64,000 nucleotides of DNA, taken from positions 34,412,001 through 34,476,000 of the forward strand of contig NW_024704742.1 in assembly GCF_018977255.1 (NCBI RefSeq), in the 5' to 3' direction. The translations under genes and the position numbers were made by a program. Origin of the DNA: Callorhinchus milii (lineage: Eukaryota). A model generated the notes under the pieces. The model was not told where the DNA came from, ran no database searches, and saw nothing but the letters and a program-made list of their open reading frames with translations. Shown here one piece after another: positions 51,186-64,000 of this stretch (the stretch's first letter is position 1; each line of letters starts with the position of its first letter).

Positions 51186-53069
51186 TTGAACTGGATACTG
51201 GCAAAAAATGTCATGCTGCACTTCACACACAGGATTTATTTGTTAATCGCTGAAGACAGGTTTTTATACATCTGTACAATGAGGGGTCGTAGCTAGAGAA
51301 AGAGCTTTAGAAGGTTAGAGAGGCTAAAGTTTAGAGAGAAAGACAAAGATAGAAAATAAAGAGAATGTTGCAGAGAGAGAAGGGCTGGCACAGTATGGTA
51401 CAATCAGGAGAACGTTTAATCCTGATTGAATCATTTTTAGTCAGCACTGTCAGTAAGATGTCCTGTGGATCATTTGTTCAATAACCCACAAGTTTCCCTC
51501 TAATTTCCATCACTGTTTCCAGCCATATACTTATTCTGTTCCATTTTGAAGGAGTTAATCAACTCAACAGCAATTGTTTTTGTTGGGAATCTGCTCTTTT
51601 TTGGGTGGAGGGGTGTCTGCTCCATATTTCCCAAGCTCAGTGGGACAAAAATAAAAGTCTTCTGATCGCCGGTAAAGAGGCAAACACTCATCAGTGGACA
51701 ATCATGGATTGAAGGCTTCTTCCCAATGAAACCACCACAGAAAATGGACACGTATGTTCGTGCCACATGCTTGCCTGTGGCGATCATAGGTTTGTACTAA
51801 TTAGGTACCTGAGGATAGCCTAAACCAGGAATATTGACCTGTACAACCTAAAGTAGAAAATACCATTTAGTCTACAAAATCCAAATTGGCACTGTTATTC
51901 AGATTTCATGTCCAATAATTTTTATGTTCATCAATGTGATGGATACCGGTGCTGGTGAATGACATGTTTCCACTTTTGGCACCCACTGTTAGTTATAAGT
52001 GCTCCCAGAGTCCCAGGCCAAGTGTAGATTGTAGATATATATATTTTGTGGATGAAACGTGACAGCCAATTACATACAGCAGTATCCCACAAATCTGGTA
52101 GAGTGATCAGATGCAGAATAAACCTCTTGCGAGCCCATGAACTCCAACTTCAGTTATAATAATAATCCTTGCATTATTCTAGTGCCTTATCTCATCCTTG
52201 AGGCATCTTAAAGCTTCATGTGATATACTGTAAAGTGCAATGTCACTGTATTTTGTGGGCTGTTGCTTGAAAGAAAATGGTGGCCTCTTCCAAAAGCTGG
52301 AAAAAGACTCTCAGCAGTCCCAAAATAAACCTATAACTTTTTTTTCATGACATGTTGGATTGAAAACTTGTTGTTCTTTCCAGTATGCATGCCAACCACC
52401 AGATGTCACTATCAATAGGGAACACAAATACAAGAGCTGGATTACTGTACTTTGTTGTCTGTTTACATTGTAGTGAAAATAGCAGAGCAGGCTCTTCAGT
52501 GCATTAACAAATCATTCACAAGTGTCTTTGAGCAGCAGATCTCATCAGGATTACAATGAGGTGAGAAGGTAACATAATCCACATTTTAAAATGTCACCAC
52601 TGTGTATACATCATAAGGTGTTACTTGTAAAGGATTTCTTGCATGCACATTATATTATGCTTTATATTGGCAGAGATGCTCACACAAGAGAACATGAAAT
52701 ATGAGCAGCCCGTTGAAGCCTAACTTAGAGCACTCTTTCCATAAAATAGGGAAAAAACATTGCAAAAAGTGTTTTTCTGCAAAAAGGGTGACTTCAGTGC
52801 TCCAAGACACTATCCTGCAAGAGGGGTCTATACAAATGCAAGTTGTTGTTGTTGATTAACCGCTACAACGGGTTAGCAGAAAAGGTAAGTGAGACCAGGA
52901 CATTGAACTGATTTAAGAAATAACTCTAACAGTTCGCACATAACTGTCTGGTACACCTGATTTGTAAAAATTGCTTAGACCTGATCAGAGTAGGCTTTAC
53001 TGCATGATATTTGCCTCAATAATCCTCGTATGGTTAAATATTATAGTATTTGATTTTTTTTCTACAAAA

Positions 53070-53520
53070 CAATACAATTTACATTTATACAGCAGCTTTC
53101 ATGTGGGTGGGGGAAGGGGACGTCTCAAACACTTGACACTGCAGGATAGCAGCTGAGCTGGAGGTGGGCCTAAGGGGGTGGGGGTGGGACTTGAGGGAAG
53201 GTGGGGGTGGGTTGGAAAGGGACAAATGACCGAAAGAATGTCAGAGGTAGGTCTAAGATGTAAGTCTTGAAACTGGCCTTGAACAAGGCGAGGGAGGAAG
53301 AGAGTTGGAGGAATTCAGGGATGGAATTCCAGAGAGTGAGAGCAGAATGGTAAAAAGCCCACCTGCCAAAGGTGGGGCAGATAGGGTGGAGGACATGAAG
53401 TAAAGTAGTGTTTGCTGAGTGAAGGGTGTGGTCAGGTCAGCAGAATTGAAGCAGATTACATTGGTAGTGTGGGGTGAGACCATGGAGGAATTTGAAGGTG
53501 GGAATGAGGATTCTGGTCTT
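53070..53520 (-). mobile_element. Old L2 3' fragment
   Basis: ggatggaattccagag...aagcccacctgccaaaggtggggc pattern shared with other minus-strand L2 ends. Confidence 0.75.
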
Positions 53521-54109
53521 TCTGACCAGGTGGATGTGAGATTATTTTTCTTTTATATTGGGACCAGCCAAATAATGGGGTGGTGTTTTCTGATCCCATA
53601 TGTCAAGAAAACATAAAATGATTGGATTGAAAACATATCTTCATTAGGGTCATTCGCAGTATTCCAGCTCAAACCACAACAATAGTGTGTTACCAGTTGC
53701 TCACTATTACTGCACCGCATTGACATTGCTGAAAATTGAGACCGAGTTCATTTTGTTAGTAAGAATAGATACCTTTAGTAAAAATGCAACAAAATCAAAA
53801 TACACCCAAGTTGTAAGATTTTTGATAGAGGTAGCGGAGAAAAGGTGGATGACTGTGGTTCAAGTTGGACAAGCAGCAGGAAGCTAACCGGTAAGATATA
53901 ACTGGTTAAACTCCAACAGTACTACTAGAATCCCTTTGTCTTGACTCTTGCCAGCCTTGCATCTGAATTCTCTAGGATTAGATAAGCAGCATGCATCCCT
54001 CTGGGGACAGAGACAGTGGCCATGTCATACCAGACAAATGACAAATATGTGAAATTCTCAGTGGTTTGGTTTGGAGACTTATGCGTGCGGATTTTTTTCC
54101 ACGTATATC

Positions 54110-54400
54110 ACAAAAAGGGATCTTAATGTGCAGTTACACAGGTCATTAAAGATGATAGTGAGGATTAAAAACAAGATCACTAGCATAGCAAAAAGAATCT
54201 TCGGTTTTATATCTAGAAATACAGGATACAACAGCAATTTGCATTTCTATAGTGCCCTTTACTTTGAGCAACATCTCGGAGCACTTTAAGGATGTATACC
54301 AGACACAAAAGGGCTGGAGGAAAAGAGGAAGGTTGATAATCAATCAGAATATCAGAAGAAACGTTCTTAGACAATATGAGTTCCAAAACCTGAAAAGGGG
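54110..54400 (+). mobile_element. Degenerate CR1-like RT fragment
   Basis: RDLNVQLHRSLK...AKRIFGFISRN...YSAL resembles CR1 ORF2. Confidence 0.55.
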
Positions 54401-54838
54401 CAAGAGTGCTACCAACTACATCAGCCGGACACACGAGTACAACTTGTCGTGATATAGCACTTTGTATTTAGAAGAATATCTCAAAGCAGTTTACACGAAT
54501 GGGAGTGGGCAAGGAGAGAGCAAGGTGCAAAGGAGAGAGAGGTAGAGAAAGATGATTGAAATTTCAGTCAAGAAGTAGGTTTTTATAAGGATTTTGAAGA
54601 CAGGAAAGAAGGTTCAAGGAAGAGAAATTTTGGGAGGGAGTTTTAGAGATTGCAATAATAGCAGCTGAAAGCTCAGGCAGTGATGGTGGGGTAGAAACGA
54701 TGAGAATTGTGCAGCAATTGTAATTCTAATTATAGTGGTGCAACTGCTGTTGCAGCTGAGATGAGCTAAAACCATACATTTGCCTACAGTACATCCTGTG
54801 AAGCACTTTGAGCCATTCTCCTGATGCAAAATTCAATA

Positions 54839-55203
54839 TAATAATCCTTGCATTTGATATAGCGCCTTACCACGCCTCTGAGACTTCTCAAAGCGCTTCA
54901 TGGAATATACTGTACAGTGAATTAACTATATTTTTGTGAGTGAAACGTGGCAGCCAATTGTGCACAACAGTGTCCCACACACAGTCGTGGGTTGAAGTGA
55001 CCAATTTTATTGTTTTTTTTAAATAATTATTATCCCCAGAAAAGCAATCCGCCAATCAACTAACAACTGGGTTTGCTACTTATTGCTAGGTAAACAGAGG
55101 GGTGTGGAGTAAGGAAACTTGGCCAACGTTTCGCCCTGCTGTAATCAAACCCAGGTTTCTCACTTGCAAGGCAAATGCTCTAACCACTTAGCTACAGGAT
55201 TCC
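54839..55203 (-). mobile_element. Full-length tRNA-derived SINE inserted into the tail of a + strand SINE
   Basis: Host tail ...caatata resumes as tatatcaaatgcaaggattatt at 55204. Confidence 0.88.
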
Positions 55204-56147
55204 TATATCAAATGCAAGGATTATTATTATTTATTACAGTCAAACTTGCTACCTTCTGGCCTGTAGTGATAACAACAATAATAATCCTTGCATTTGATAT
55301 AGCACCTTATCACGTCAACAAATTATTGCAAAGCTCTTGGTTTAACAAGTCATCCTAAGGACGGCACCGCTGACAATGCAGTGATCCCCCAACACACTAA
55401 TGAAGTGTCAGCTTAGACTACTGTGGGGAGGAGACAACGAAGAGTGAATCAATGTTGGTCTCTCCAGTGGGGAGCTTAATGCTGTCTTTACTCACCAGGT
55501 GACTGGGGAGGCCAAGAAACATTTGTGCACATACGTTTGATGGTTGGGAGAAAGTGGAAGATCACAGAGAATAAAATGTATGGACTTCTCATGTGACCAT
55601 AAGAAAATGTTTTGATGAAACATAAACCACTTCACTGAGTTGTAATACTTCTATGCCTATTACATCCATATTTACAGCACTTCCAGACTGATTACTGTCA
55701 TATTCAAACACCTAATTCATAACAAGTTCTACTTTTCAAGATGAAAGCAAATGTATTTATAGCAGATGTGATCATGTGGCAGAGGTTTATTTATAGCAGA
55801 GGTTTTGAAATTGTACAAATTGTTAAGGTTACACCTCCAGCTGTGCTGTTCACTGTAAGCAACAGTTCATTAGAAATGCCATCACCACAGCACATGATGA
55901 TTGTGTTAAGAAAAGCAAACGGGGGTGAAGGAGTAAAGCAGGATTGCAAGGTGTTTAGACACCAGCAGGTGGTGCCACTGCAGTAGAGCCACACATTGGA
56001 TTGGTTTTTGAGTTCAGTTCCACTGCTGGGGAGAAAACTAGAGAGAGAGTGTCATTGTCACCTGCACAACTGTATCTCATGCCAAGTGCTCAGAAAGGCT
56101 TTGGCCGTGGTCTGGCACCAGCTCCCAACCTTTGGTTCCAGTTTGGC

Positions 56148-56365
56148 AATAACAAATTGTATATTTGTATAGCGCCCTTCATGTTCGGAGGACATCCCAA
56201 GGTGCTGGATAGTAGGGAATTGCACCCAAGCTGTGGGTTGGGATCAGGAGGGGTGGAGGGCAGGGAAGGTAGGGGTAGGAGAGTGAAGGCACAAGAAGAG
56301 GGTCTTGAGACAGGCCTTGAAAAGAGGGGGCAAGGCAAAGGAACTGTGAGATGGAATCCCAAAGG
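56148..56365 (-). mobile_element. L2 3' end fragment
   Basis: atagcgcccttcatgttcggaggacatcccaagg tail and gggtcttgagacaggccttgaa. Confidence 0.8.
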
Positions 56366-57774
56366 TTAGGGGTAGAAAGATTTTTTTTAAAGTTGAATTT
56401 CATCCTCCAATCTTCTCATCTCTGATATTCTCCTCTCATCCATGAATATGCAGATTTTTAATGCAGTAGAATAGCACTGGTTCTGGCCTCCTGTCAGTAT
56501 CTCACTCTCGTGGTTGTTTTCACACGTGAGCCACGACAGGGAACATTCTGTGGCCAGCTCATTGCGTCAGGTCAGCTGTCCTGTAAAGTTTCTCTCAACA
56601 TGCTAAAGGCAACTGTCTGCTGAACAACTAATAAGGAAACTCGGAGGTTTGGGTTGACAGCTGCTGGAAGACATTTGTTTTGGTGAACACACGTTCGTAT
56701 ATCGAGAACTTGGAATCCACCTTAATTGGTATGTAGAGAAAGCAGCTGCTGCTCAAGCTCTACAACCCTGATTATTGGAACCATCGTTCAATGGGAACGG
56801 ATGTATGTCTGAATTGTGGGCAAGAAGATGGTGGCAATGGTTTCACACATTTTATGCTGAGCTGTGCTGCTCACCAGGAAGCTCGCAGAGATGCACCTTG
56901 TGAGGGCTCAAGTCTACACTTACCAGATTTAAATACAACTCGTGACTATCCTCCATGGTGTGGGGGAAGATAAACGGGGTTTCCGGGGGGGTGGGGGGGT
57001 GAGGTAAGCGAGGTCTCCTTGGAGCTAATGACAGTCTGGCTCATCGGCTGAACTTGGAGGGGCAGATCAGTCACTGAGGCAGGGATTCTTCCCACTCAGC
57101 TCCTGTTAACCTTGTAAACCAAAGTGGGAAGCTTGCCAGACAATGCTTTCAATGGAAAGCCATGCTGTTTTAGCTGGTTGAACTCCAACAGTACCCCTAC
57201 GCACACTCTGGGATTCCAAAGCTTTGGCTCTTGTCAACCTGCACCTAATACTCTCTGCAATTAAGTAAGCAGAGTGTGTCCCTCGCGGAGACACTATATT
57301 CTATTCCAGACCAAACTGTCTGGTTTGGGGACATGGTGATGGGCTTCCATATACATGCACTTTCCAGGAGAGGTCAGAAGGTGGAACTTGGCTGATTTGT
57401 CCCTTTTCTAACCTGAAGGTGTGGAAGTCGATAGCGTACAATCAGAGAGGCCCACAAGTCTACCTGACCTCGGCCTGTTCGACTATTTTTTCTGTTAATT
57501 TGACATTGCTGCAGAAACATAGAAAATTATGAAATGTAGTTTTTATTTGGATTTTAAAATGTTTCAGTCCGAAAGATTGCCCGAGTTTAATGTTTAAGAA
57601 AAACAGCCCTAGAGGTAAGTTTAGGTGGACATATGGGCCTCGCCTCCTGAATCTTTTCAAGGATTAAAAGCAAGCAAAATGTTTTTTTTTAAATTACAGC
57701 GAGGTCTAACTTGTGGTTTAAATTTGTGAAAATGGGCCGTGCATTTAACTTCCAGTTTGCGGATTGCAGCTTTT

Positions 57775-57978
57775 ATAATAATAATAATCCTTGCATTTGA
57801 TATAGCGCTTTTCACGTCTTCTAGACATCTCAAAGCGCTTCACAGAATAGACTGTAAAGTGAATTGACTGTATATTTGTGGGTGAAATGCGGCAGCCAAT
57901 TGCGCACAGCAGTGTCCCACAAACAGTCGTGGATTGAGTGAACAAATTATTATTTTTTTTTCTTTGATGGATTATTAT
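57775..57978 (-). mobile_element. tRNA-derived SINE, 3' half
   Basis: Near match to the reverse complement of 50870-51028. Confidence 0.9.
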
Positions 57979-59029
57979 CAGGCGTATATTTTTGACTGTA
58001 GTTTATAAGGTTCATGGCTTATTACTGAAGAAAAATCTCAGGATAAACTGGTATATTGCTAACTGGCAATAGGAAGCATCAATCTGCAAGGCAGGAGATA
58101 AATGTATGACCAGGCTTAACAGACAACAACAAACTACAACAACATTCGTTGATATGGTACCTGACAGGCGTCAACCATTCCTCTTGAGCAAATGTGGGAC
58201 ATTCATATGCAATAATTAAGGAATTTAAAATGTAAACTGCTAGTTCAAGATGCTGTGTCAGGATCTGGCATTTGGAGTCTGATAGAAACCCCCAAAAAAG
58301 CGAGGTACGCCATCAACAGTGGGCCTTTAGGTTACTGGAGGACGCCCCTATGCTCAGCTATTCACCAGATTACAGCGATGTTCAGAGCTGTGCAGAGCAT
58401 CTAGATAAATACCTAAAAAGGAGTAAACTACAAGGGTATGGGCAAAGGGCAGGTAAATAGGACCAAAAGGATTGCTCTTAAAAGAGCCAGCGCAGACACT
58501 ATCATTCAAGAAACGGACTTGAGATCTGAGAGAAACATTCCGAGAGAGCTATGGCGTCCGGCACCCGTAAAAGTTAAAGCATGTGGCAGACACCACTAAA
58601 AGGTCAAGATGGTATAGTTACAAATTGAATCATTGTGAGAACTATATTATCCAGATAGATATAATCCCATTCGAGGGAATTATATCGCTGGCAATGGCTA
58701 TAATACACTCCTTGGCAGCCACACAGGGGTTTCAACTTGGTTCTTTTGCCACTGATCTAGATGAGTTTATACTGTTCCCAATTAAAACATAAATATACTT
58801 CTCTAGACTTTCATAGGATCCTTATGAAGTGGTAAGAGTCGAGTGCTTTTCAATGCTAGGGTATGAACATAGGGAGACAGCGTGCTACAAGGTTTGGATG
58901 CTGTTTGGATACTTAATGCAACTTTCAGAAAGTGTGGAACATTGTATGAAAAATAGATAAAAAATGAAATTCGGAGATCCTTCCATCTGGAGGTTTGGCA
59001 TTAAAGTTAACCCAGAACAATACTCAGAT

Positions 59030-59660
59030 GCTCCGAAACAGTAGAACAAGAGGACATAATAATAATAATAATCCTTGCATTTGATATAGCGCCTTATCAT
59101 GTCTTCGAGATGTCTCAAAGTACATCACAGAATATACTGTACAATGAATTGACTGTATATTTTGTGGGCGAAACACAGCAGCTCAGTGCGCATAGCAGTG
59201 TCCCACAAACAGTCGTGGTTTGAAGTGACCAATTCATTATTATTAATTTTTTTGAAGGAAATATTTCCCAGAATCCGCCAATTGGCTAACTACTGGGTTC
59301 CTATTTACTGCTAGGTAAACAGGCGTGTGGAGTAAGGAAACTTGCCCAACATTTTGCCCTGCCGGGAATTGAACCAAGATCTCTTGCTTACGAGGCGAGT
59401 GGTCTAACCACTGAGCTACCGGATTTCACAGGACATATGTTTAGAATTGCAAAGGGCAATGTCAGGATGGACGGCAGGAAGCTTTCTTTACTCAACAGGT
59501 AATTAACAATTGGAACAGGTTGCCAGGGAAGGTGGTTGAGACCAGACACTGGACTCATTTAAAAAGCAGGTGATGCATGTGATGGGAGGACAGTAGGATG
59601 AGTGTTCTGGAGGATGAGATCAGATGGGCTAAGTCATCCAAACCAATCTTATGATCTCTA
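59030..59660 (+). mobile_element. CR1-clade LINE 3' end split by a SINE
   Basis: SRTRGH|MFRIAKGNVRMDGRK..TQQVINNWNRLPGKVVET..DSFKKQ, the classic CR1 C-terminus. Confidence 0.85.
59058..59429 (-). mobile_element. Full-length tRNA-derived SINE with target-site duplication AGGACATA
   Basis: AGGACATA at 59051-59058 and 59430-59437. Confidence 0.93.
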
Positions 59661-60229
59661 ACTGAAATTACACCTCGTGTCAGCCTGTAATACAACATTT
59701 AATATTGTGCAGAGTCGTGGAGAAGCCTTAGGTTGATCTTAATTTGGAAGCCGTTTTTTCACAGTTCTTAAAAAGATCTGGGTTGAAAATTAAGGTCGAA
59801 TTTAAGAATTATCCACAAATATGAGTGCTATAGAGGACCTGCAGGCTAAGACTGGGTAAAATTCCGTGCCTCTTACATTTAACTTTCTCTACAATTCTTT
59901 CAGGGGAGAAAATACAGTAGAGTAACATTTAATTGTTTGTTTATGAGTTAACTACAACAATCCCCACAATTATTTTAATGAGGTGAAAATTTTGACGTTT
60001 TATGTTTTAATTGTCACATGGCAATTAGTTATTCTGGATGGGAGGATTATCACCCCTGCACTCCTCCCCCCCAACACTGCAGCACAATGGTTGGGCAGGA
60101 AGCCAACCTGTGGAATCATGAGTATCATCTTAACTCAAACAAATAGCAGAGTTAACCTGGCACTGCAACCCCAGTGACTGTAATGCCATATTTGAGCTAA
60201 GAGGTATAACAATCCCAATACATTTGTTT

Positions 60230-60635
60230 AGGAAGCCATCCATTAGATTGCAAAGTTCACCTCCAAATACAGTCATTAGGTTTACAGAAGAAATTGTGAA
60301 GTGTTTGAGATGTCCTCCCAGTGTGAAAGGTACTATATCAAATGCAAGAATAAAAATAAATAATAATCCTTGCATTTGGTACAGTACCTTACTACGTCGC
60401 TGAGATGTCTCAAAGTGATTCACAAGTGGATTGACTTTATATTTTGTAGGCTAAACGTGGCATCCAGCTTGCTCACAGCAATATATCACAAACAGCCATG
60501 GAGTGAGTGGTCAATTTTATTTGGAGGAATATTTGCCAGGATAACGGAAGAAACTCCCTTCTCTTCCTGAACAGTGCCAAGGGATCTTTAACATCCACTT
60601 CAACAGGCAGACAGGACCTCGGTTTAACATCTTAT
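60230..60635. mobile_element. Two SINE 3' fragments tail-to-tail (+ 60230-60350, - 60355-60635)
   Basis: tatcaaatgcaag-(A/T tract)-ccttgcatttggta junction. Confidence 0.75.
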
Positions 60636-60889
60636 ACAAAGTTGAATTATTGTTTATTATTATCGCTTAAAACTCACCAGTCTGATAAACATTAACATCA
60701 CTTACTTGCTGAGCGTGGGCTGAATCTGCCCCACAATATAAATGGAGTGGGTTCTACAGCACTGGGAGCTCAATGTGCTTGCAGTAAGCTGTAATGTATA
60801 ACGAGCATTAAACTGAAGATGTTGTTAAACCCAAATATTTAAAACAACTTCAAATACAAGATCATTTGATATTAAACACTTGTATTATT

Positions 60890-61255
60890 GTGGAGTCCTG
60901 TAGCTCAGTGCTAGAGCGCTCGCCTCATAAGCAAGAGACCTGGGTTCGATTCCTGGCAGGGGGAAATGTTGGTCAAGTTTCCTTACTCTACACGCCTGTG
61001 TTTACCAAGCAGAAAGTGGGAACCCGGTTGTTAGGCAATTGGTGGATCGCTTTTCCGGGGGTAATAATTCCTTAAAAAAAATGTTGGTCACTTCAATCCA
61101 CGACTGTTTGTGGGATACTGCTGTGTGCAATTGGCTGCCGCATTTCACCCACAAAATATATAGTCAATTCACTGTACAGTATATTCTGTGAAGCACTTTG
61201 AGACGTCTCAAAGATGTGATAAGGCACTATATCAAATGCAAAGATTATTATTATT
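60890..61255 (+). mobile_element. Full-length tRNA-derived SINE
   Basis: GTGGAGTCCTGTAGCTCAGTG...GGGTTCGATTCC...(ATT)n. Confidence 0.93.
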
Positions 61256-62147
61256 GCTGAAATCCTGTAGATGGCACTCAATAAGTGATTCAACATTCAA
61301 TGAATGCAGTGTTATTGGATAATAAGCTACCTCAGGTATGTTTTAAGATAAATATTAATTTATGTTGATGAACTGTGTCTATTGTAACAATATTGTCATT
61401 GTTGCACGCGTCCCACTTAACCACTTAGTCAAGCGCGTTGGGATGCTACCCTGAGTGAAGGGTGCTATATAAATGCAAATCTTATTATAACATCACTAAA
61501 GACAGTTCTTACTTTACCATATAGTATATAATCAAAGTAATTTCTCTTGGTGTTTGACCAGTAATAATGATTCGATGGATTCATAATACAATGGATCAGC
61601 AACATTGGTCATGATAACATTCTCAACTGTCCTAACCCGCTGGAAAAGATTAGCTTGTTGTGTAAATGGATCACAGTGGAGAGATACTGAGATATGCAGT
61701 TGGAGAAATTCTCAGATTCAATCTGCAGTTTGTCTTGTCATTAGATTTATATTTACCTTGCGTTCCTATTAAATGATAATTAAATAAAACAATTAATTTC
61801 CAAGGATTTACAAAGATTTAAAAACAGTGTTCCGTGGAAACTGGCCGATGAAAACAGGTCACTCGGCCCAACCAGTCTGTGCCCATTTTTATACTCCACC
61901 TGAGTCTTTACCCATTCCTTACTCCGTTCCACACCCTTCTTTTCCCCTCTTCCTTATGTGAAGGTCCAGTTTCCACTAAGTAATGCTGCTTTTGATGTGC
62001 CATGGTCAGCATTGATGCCAGGTTAAAATGAAACTCATGAGGAAACACATCTGGATTTTATATCACAGGTGAGGTATAACCACAGTAAGTGAAGTTAGTC
62101 CACACCATTCACTAAATCGAGCTCATTCATTCAATTGCAGAGAGCTG

Positions 62148-62292
62148 TTCTGATTCTTTCTCCAGTATGAGTAAATTTGTCATTGTGTGCTTATAATAAC
62201 TCTCGTAAAATGTTCTGTTTATAATATAACTAATATTTTACTGCAGTTATTCATGAGCTCAGAATGACAAATTTACCCAAACAAAAGAGCCA
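62148..62292. repeat. Imperfect inverted repeat / long hairpin
   Basis: GTAAATTTGTCATT (62171-62184) and AATGACAAATTTAC (62263-62276) are exact reverse complements, with further imperfect pairing inside and outside. Confidence 0.8.
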
Positions 62293-63702
62293 GTACACAG
62301 ACAAGTTAACTGCACGTAGAAAAAGATAGCAGGATGACTCCAATATTTACTTACCTTGTTTATTTGTAAAATTATTCTAAATAAAATAAAAATTCAAATA
62401 GTAATTATGCAGATGTACAGGAGATTGACCTTGATATTGCTCTTAATATGGATGCCCATGAACCAGTGTTGGTTCACGGTTTTGACATTCGGCTGCTAGT
62501 TAGAATGATTACCCCCTCTTGTCTCCCAACCCCAGCTCGGGTGTCAAGCCAGGACTGTCAAGAGCCTTGGGACATTCTCCTGACATGAAAGGCATTATAT
62601 AGATGTACATTTGGATTGTGTTCTATTATTAAAATTAACAAAAAAAGATTAATTTTTATAAACCTTTGATTCCAGAAATCAATTGAGCAACTGGTTTCTT
62701 GGACATTGACACTGAGATCAGTGTCTGAGACTCACAGGTAATTCCTATTTGATAACTGTAGAAATGTCTATGTGTAAACTACATGGTGTAACTAATAGAC
62801 CCCATAGTGATACATTGCGAAGATCAGAACATTTCTTGACAAACAAAATCATATGTGTGCAGGACAAAGATTTGTGAATCAAGAAGAGAATCCCCCAAGC
62901 CTCACAGAGGCCTGGCTGTGATGCCCCCATGGGTGAATTGCCTACCGAGGGCTGATACCCACTGTCCGGCTCACACATAAAGAATGAACATTTGAGCGAG
63001 GGAGGGGAGTTCCACCAGCAGTATGGCGTTCATGGACAGAGCGTGTAGGTCAGTACTTTCAGGAGAAGAGAGGTGTAACAGTTCAAAGACAAAATAACAG
63101 AATCATCATCAAATTCAGAGACAGCAAAATTCATAGTAAAATGCTGTTCAAAATGTAATTTTGTAATATTTGGTACATTCACCACATGTTTCGGTTCAGG
63201 CTGAAAATATATTCTCATCTGAAAATTGCAACAGAGAAAGGTAGTATTACAGTTATAATATTATTGAACTAATTTTATTCTGCAGGAGAAACATTATACC
63301 CTTGTGAATGGGAACAGACACTTGGTCTCCTTCACTTACAGCTAACAAATTCCAGATGTATGATGGGTTCCATATGTCAACTGGTAAACTGAACCTAAAT
63401 AAATGTGTCTAAGCTGAAAGGGCAGTTAATATTATCATCAGATATCAATTTTGTTAGAGATGCATAAACCTGCTGGTGCAAGAAGCTATGCAACCTATCC
63501 AGGATGTTTAACTTTATAGCACCCCTTGTCCTTTTGTGTTAATGGTGTAACTATCTCCTGTTGCAGGTTTTCACTAGCATAGATGGCGAAATCTGCTGGA
63601 ACAAGTCCTAGTGTATTTTTACTGCACTTAAAAAAAAGTAATGCACAAAATAATTCAGAAACGTGAACATTCTACTTTATTGGATTCATCATCTCATAAA
63701 TG

Positions 63703-64000
63703 TGTCAGCCTGGCTCGGTTGGTAACACTCTCACCTCTGATTCAGATGATGATGCTGACACTCCATTGCAACGCTGGGAGTGTGCTGCAAGGTTGGAGTT
63801 ACCGTCCTTCGCATGAGACAAGAAAAACGAGGTTCCGTCTGCCTGTCCAGGTGGACGTTAAAGCTCTCATAGCACTTTTTGAAAAGAGAAGGAAGTTTAT
63901 CCTGGTGTCCTGCCAACAATCCCCAATTAAAATTGCTCACCTTCGCCATGACTGCTTGTGGGATATTGCTGCACGCAAACCAGCTGCCACATTCGTCCAC
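63703..64000 (+). mobile_element. Deu-domain SINE running off the window end
   Basis: gtgtcagcctggctcggttggtaacactctcacctctga head and caggtggacgttaaag core. Confidence 0.85.

Noticed and set aside
63280..63640. Possible + strand exons (ctgcag acceptors near 63285 and 63566)
   Set aside because: Splice-like signals only, with no recognisable coding content or other support.

Overview
Vertebrate genomic DNA. The SINE/L2/CR1 content suggests a cartilaginous fish, possibly a chimaera such as the elephant shark; this is inferred, not verified. The window holds the whole coding region of the paired-like homeobox gene PITX2 on the + strand: isoform a/b first coding exon 2109-2174 (ATG 2129), b-specific cassette exon 3564-3698, c-specific first exon (CDS 12309-12516, behind a CpG-island promoter), homeobox exon 13373-13578 and last exon (CDS 15479-16042). 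Predicted products are Pitx2b 316 aa and Pitx2c 325 aa. Bases 1-25.3 kb are almost transposon-free and rich in regulatory-looking sequence. Bases 25.3-64 kb are dense in tRNA-derived SINEs, Deu-domain SINEs, and L2 and CR1 fragments, with no recognisable host gene. Main surprises: (1) the canonical Pitx2a junction reads T|AG, a stop codon; (2) a possible upstream in-frame coding exon (ATG 1491); (3) besides the expected FoxH1/Nkx2 asymmetric enhancer in the last intron, a perfect 3x13-bp tandem array of FoxH1 sites lies 4 kb downstream of the stop; (4) SINEs and an L2 share a 3' stem-loop with a compensatory substitution. Exon boundaries were read base by base. Repeat boundaries are approximate, and repeat family names come from recalled consensus features, not from a database search.
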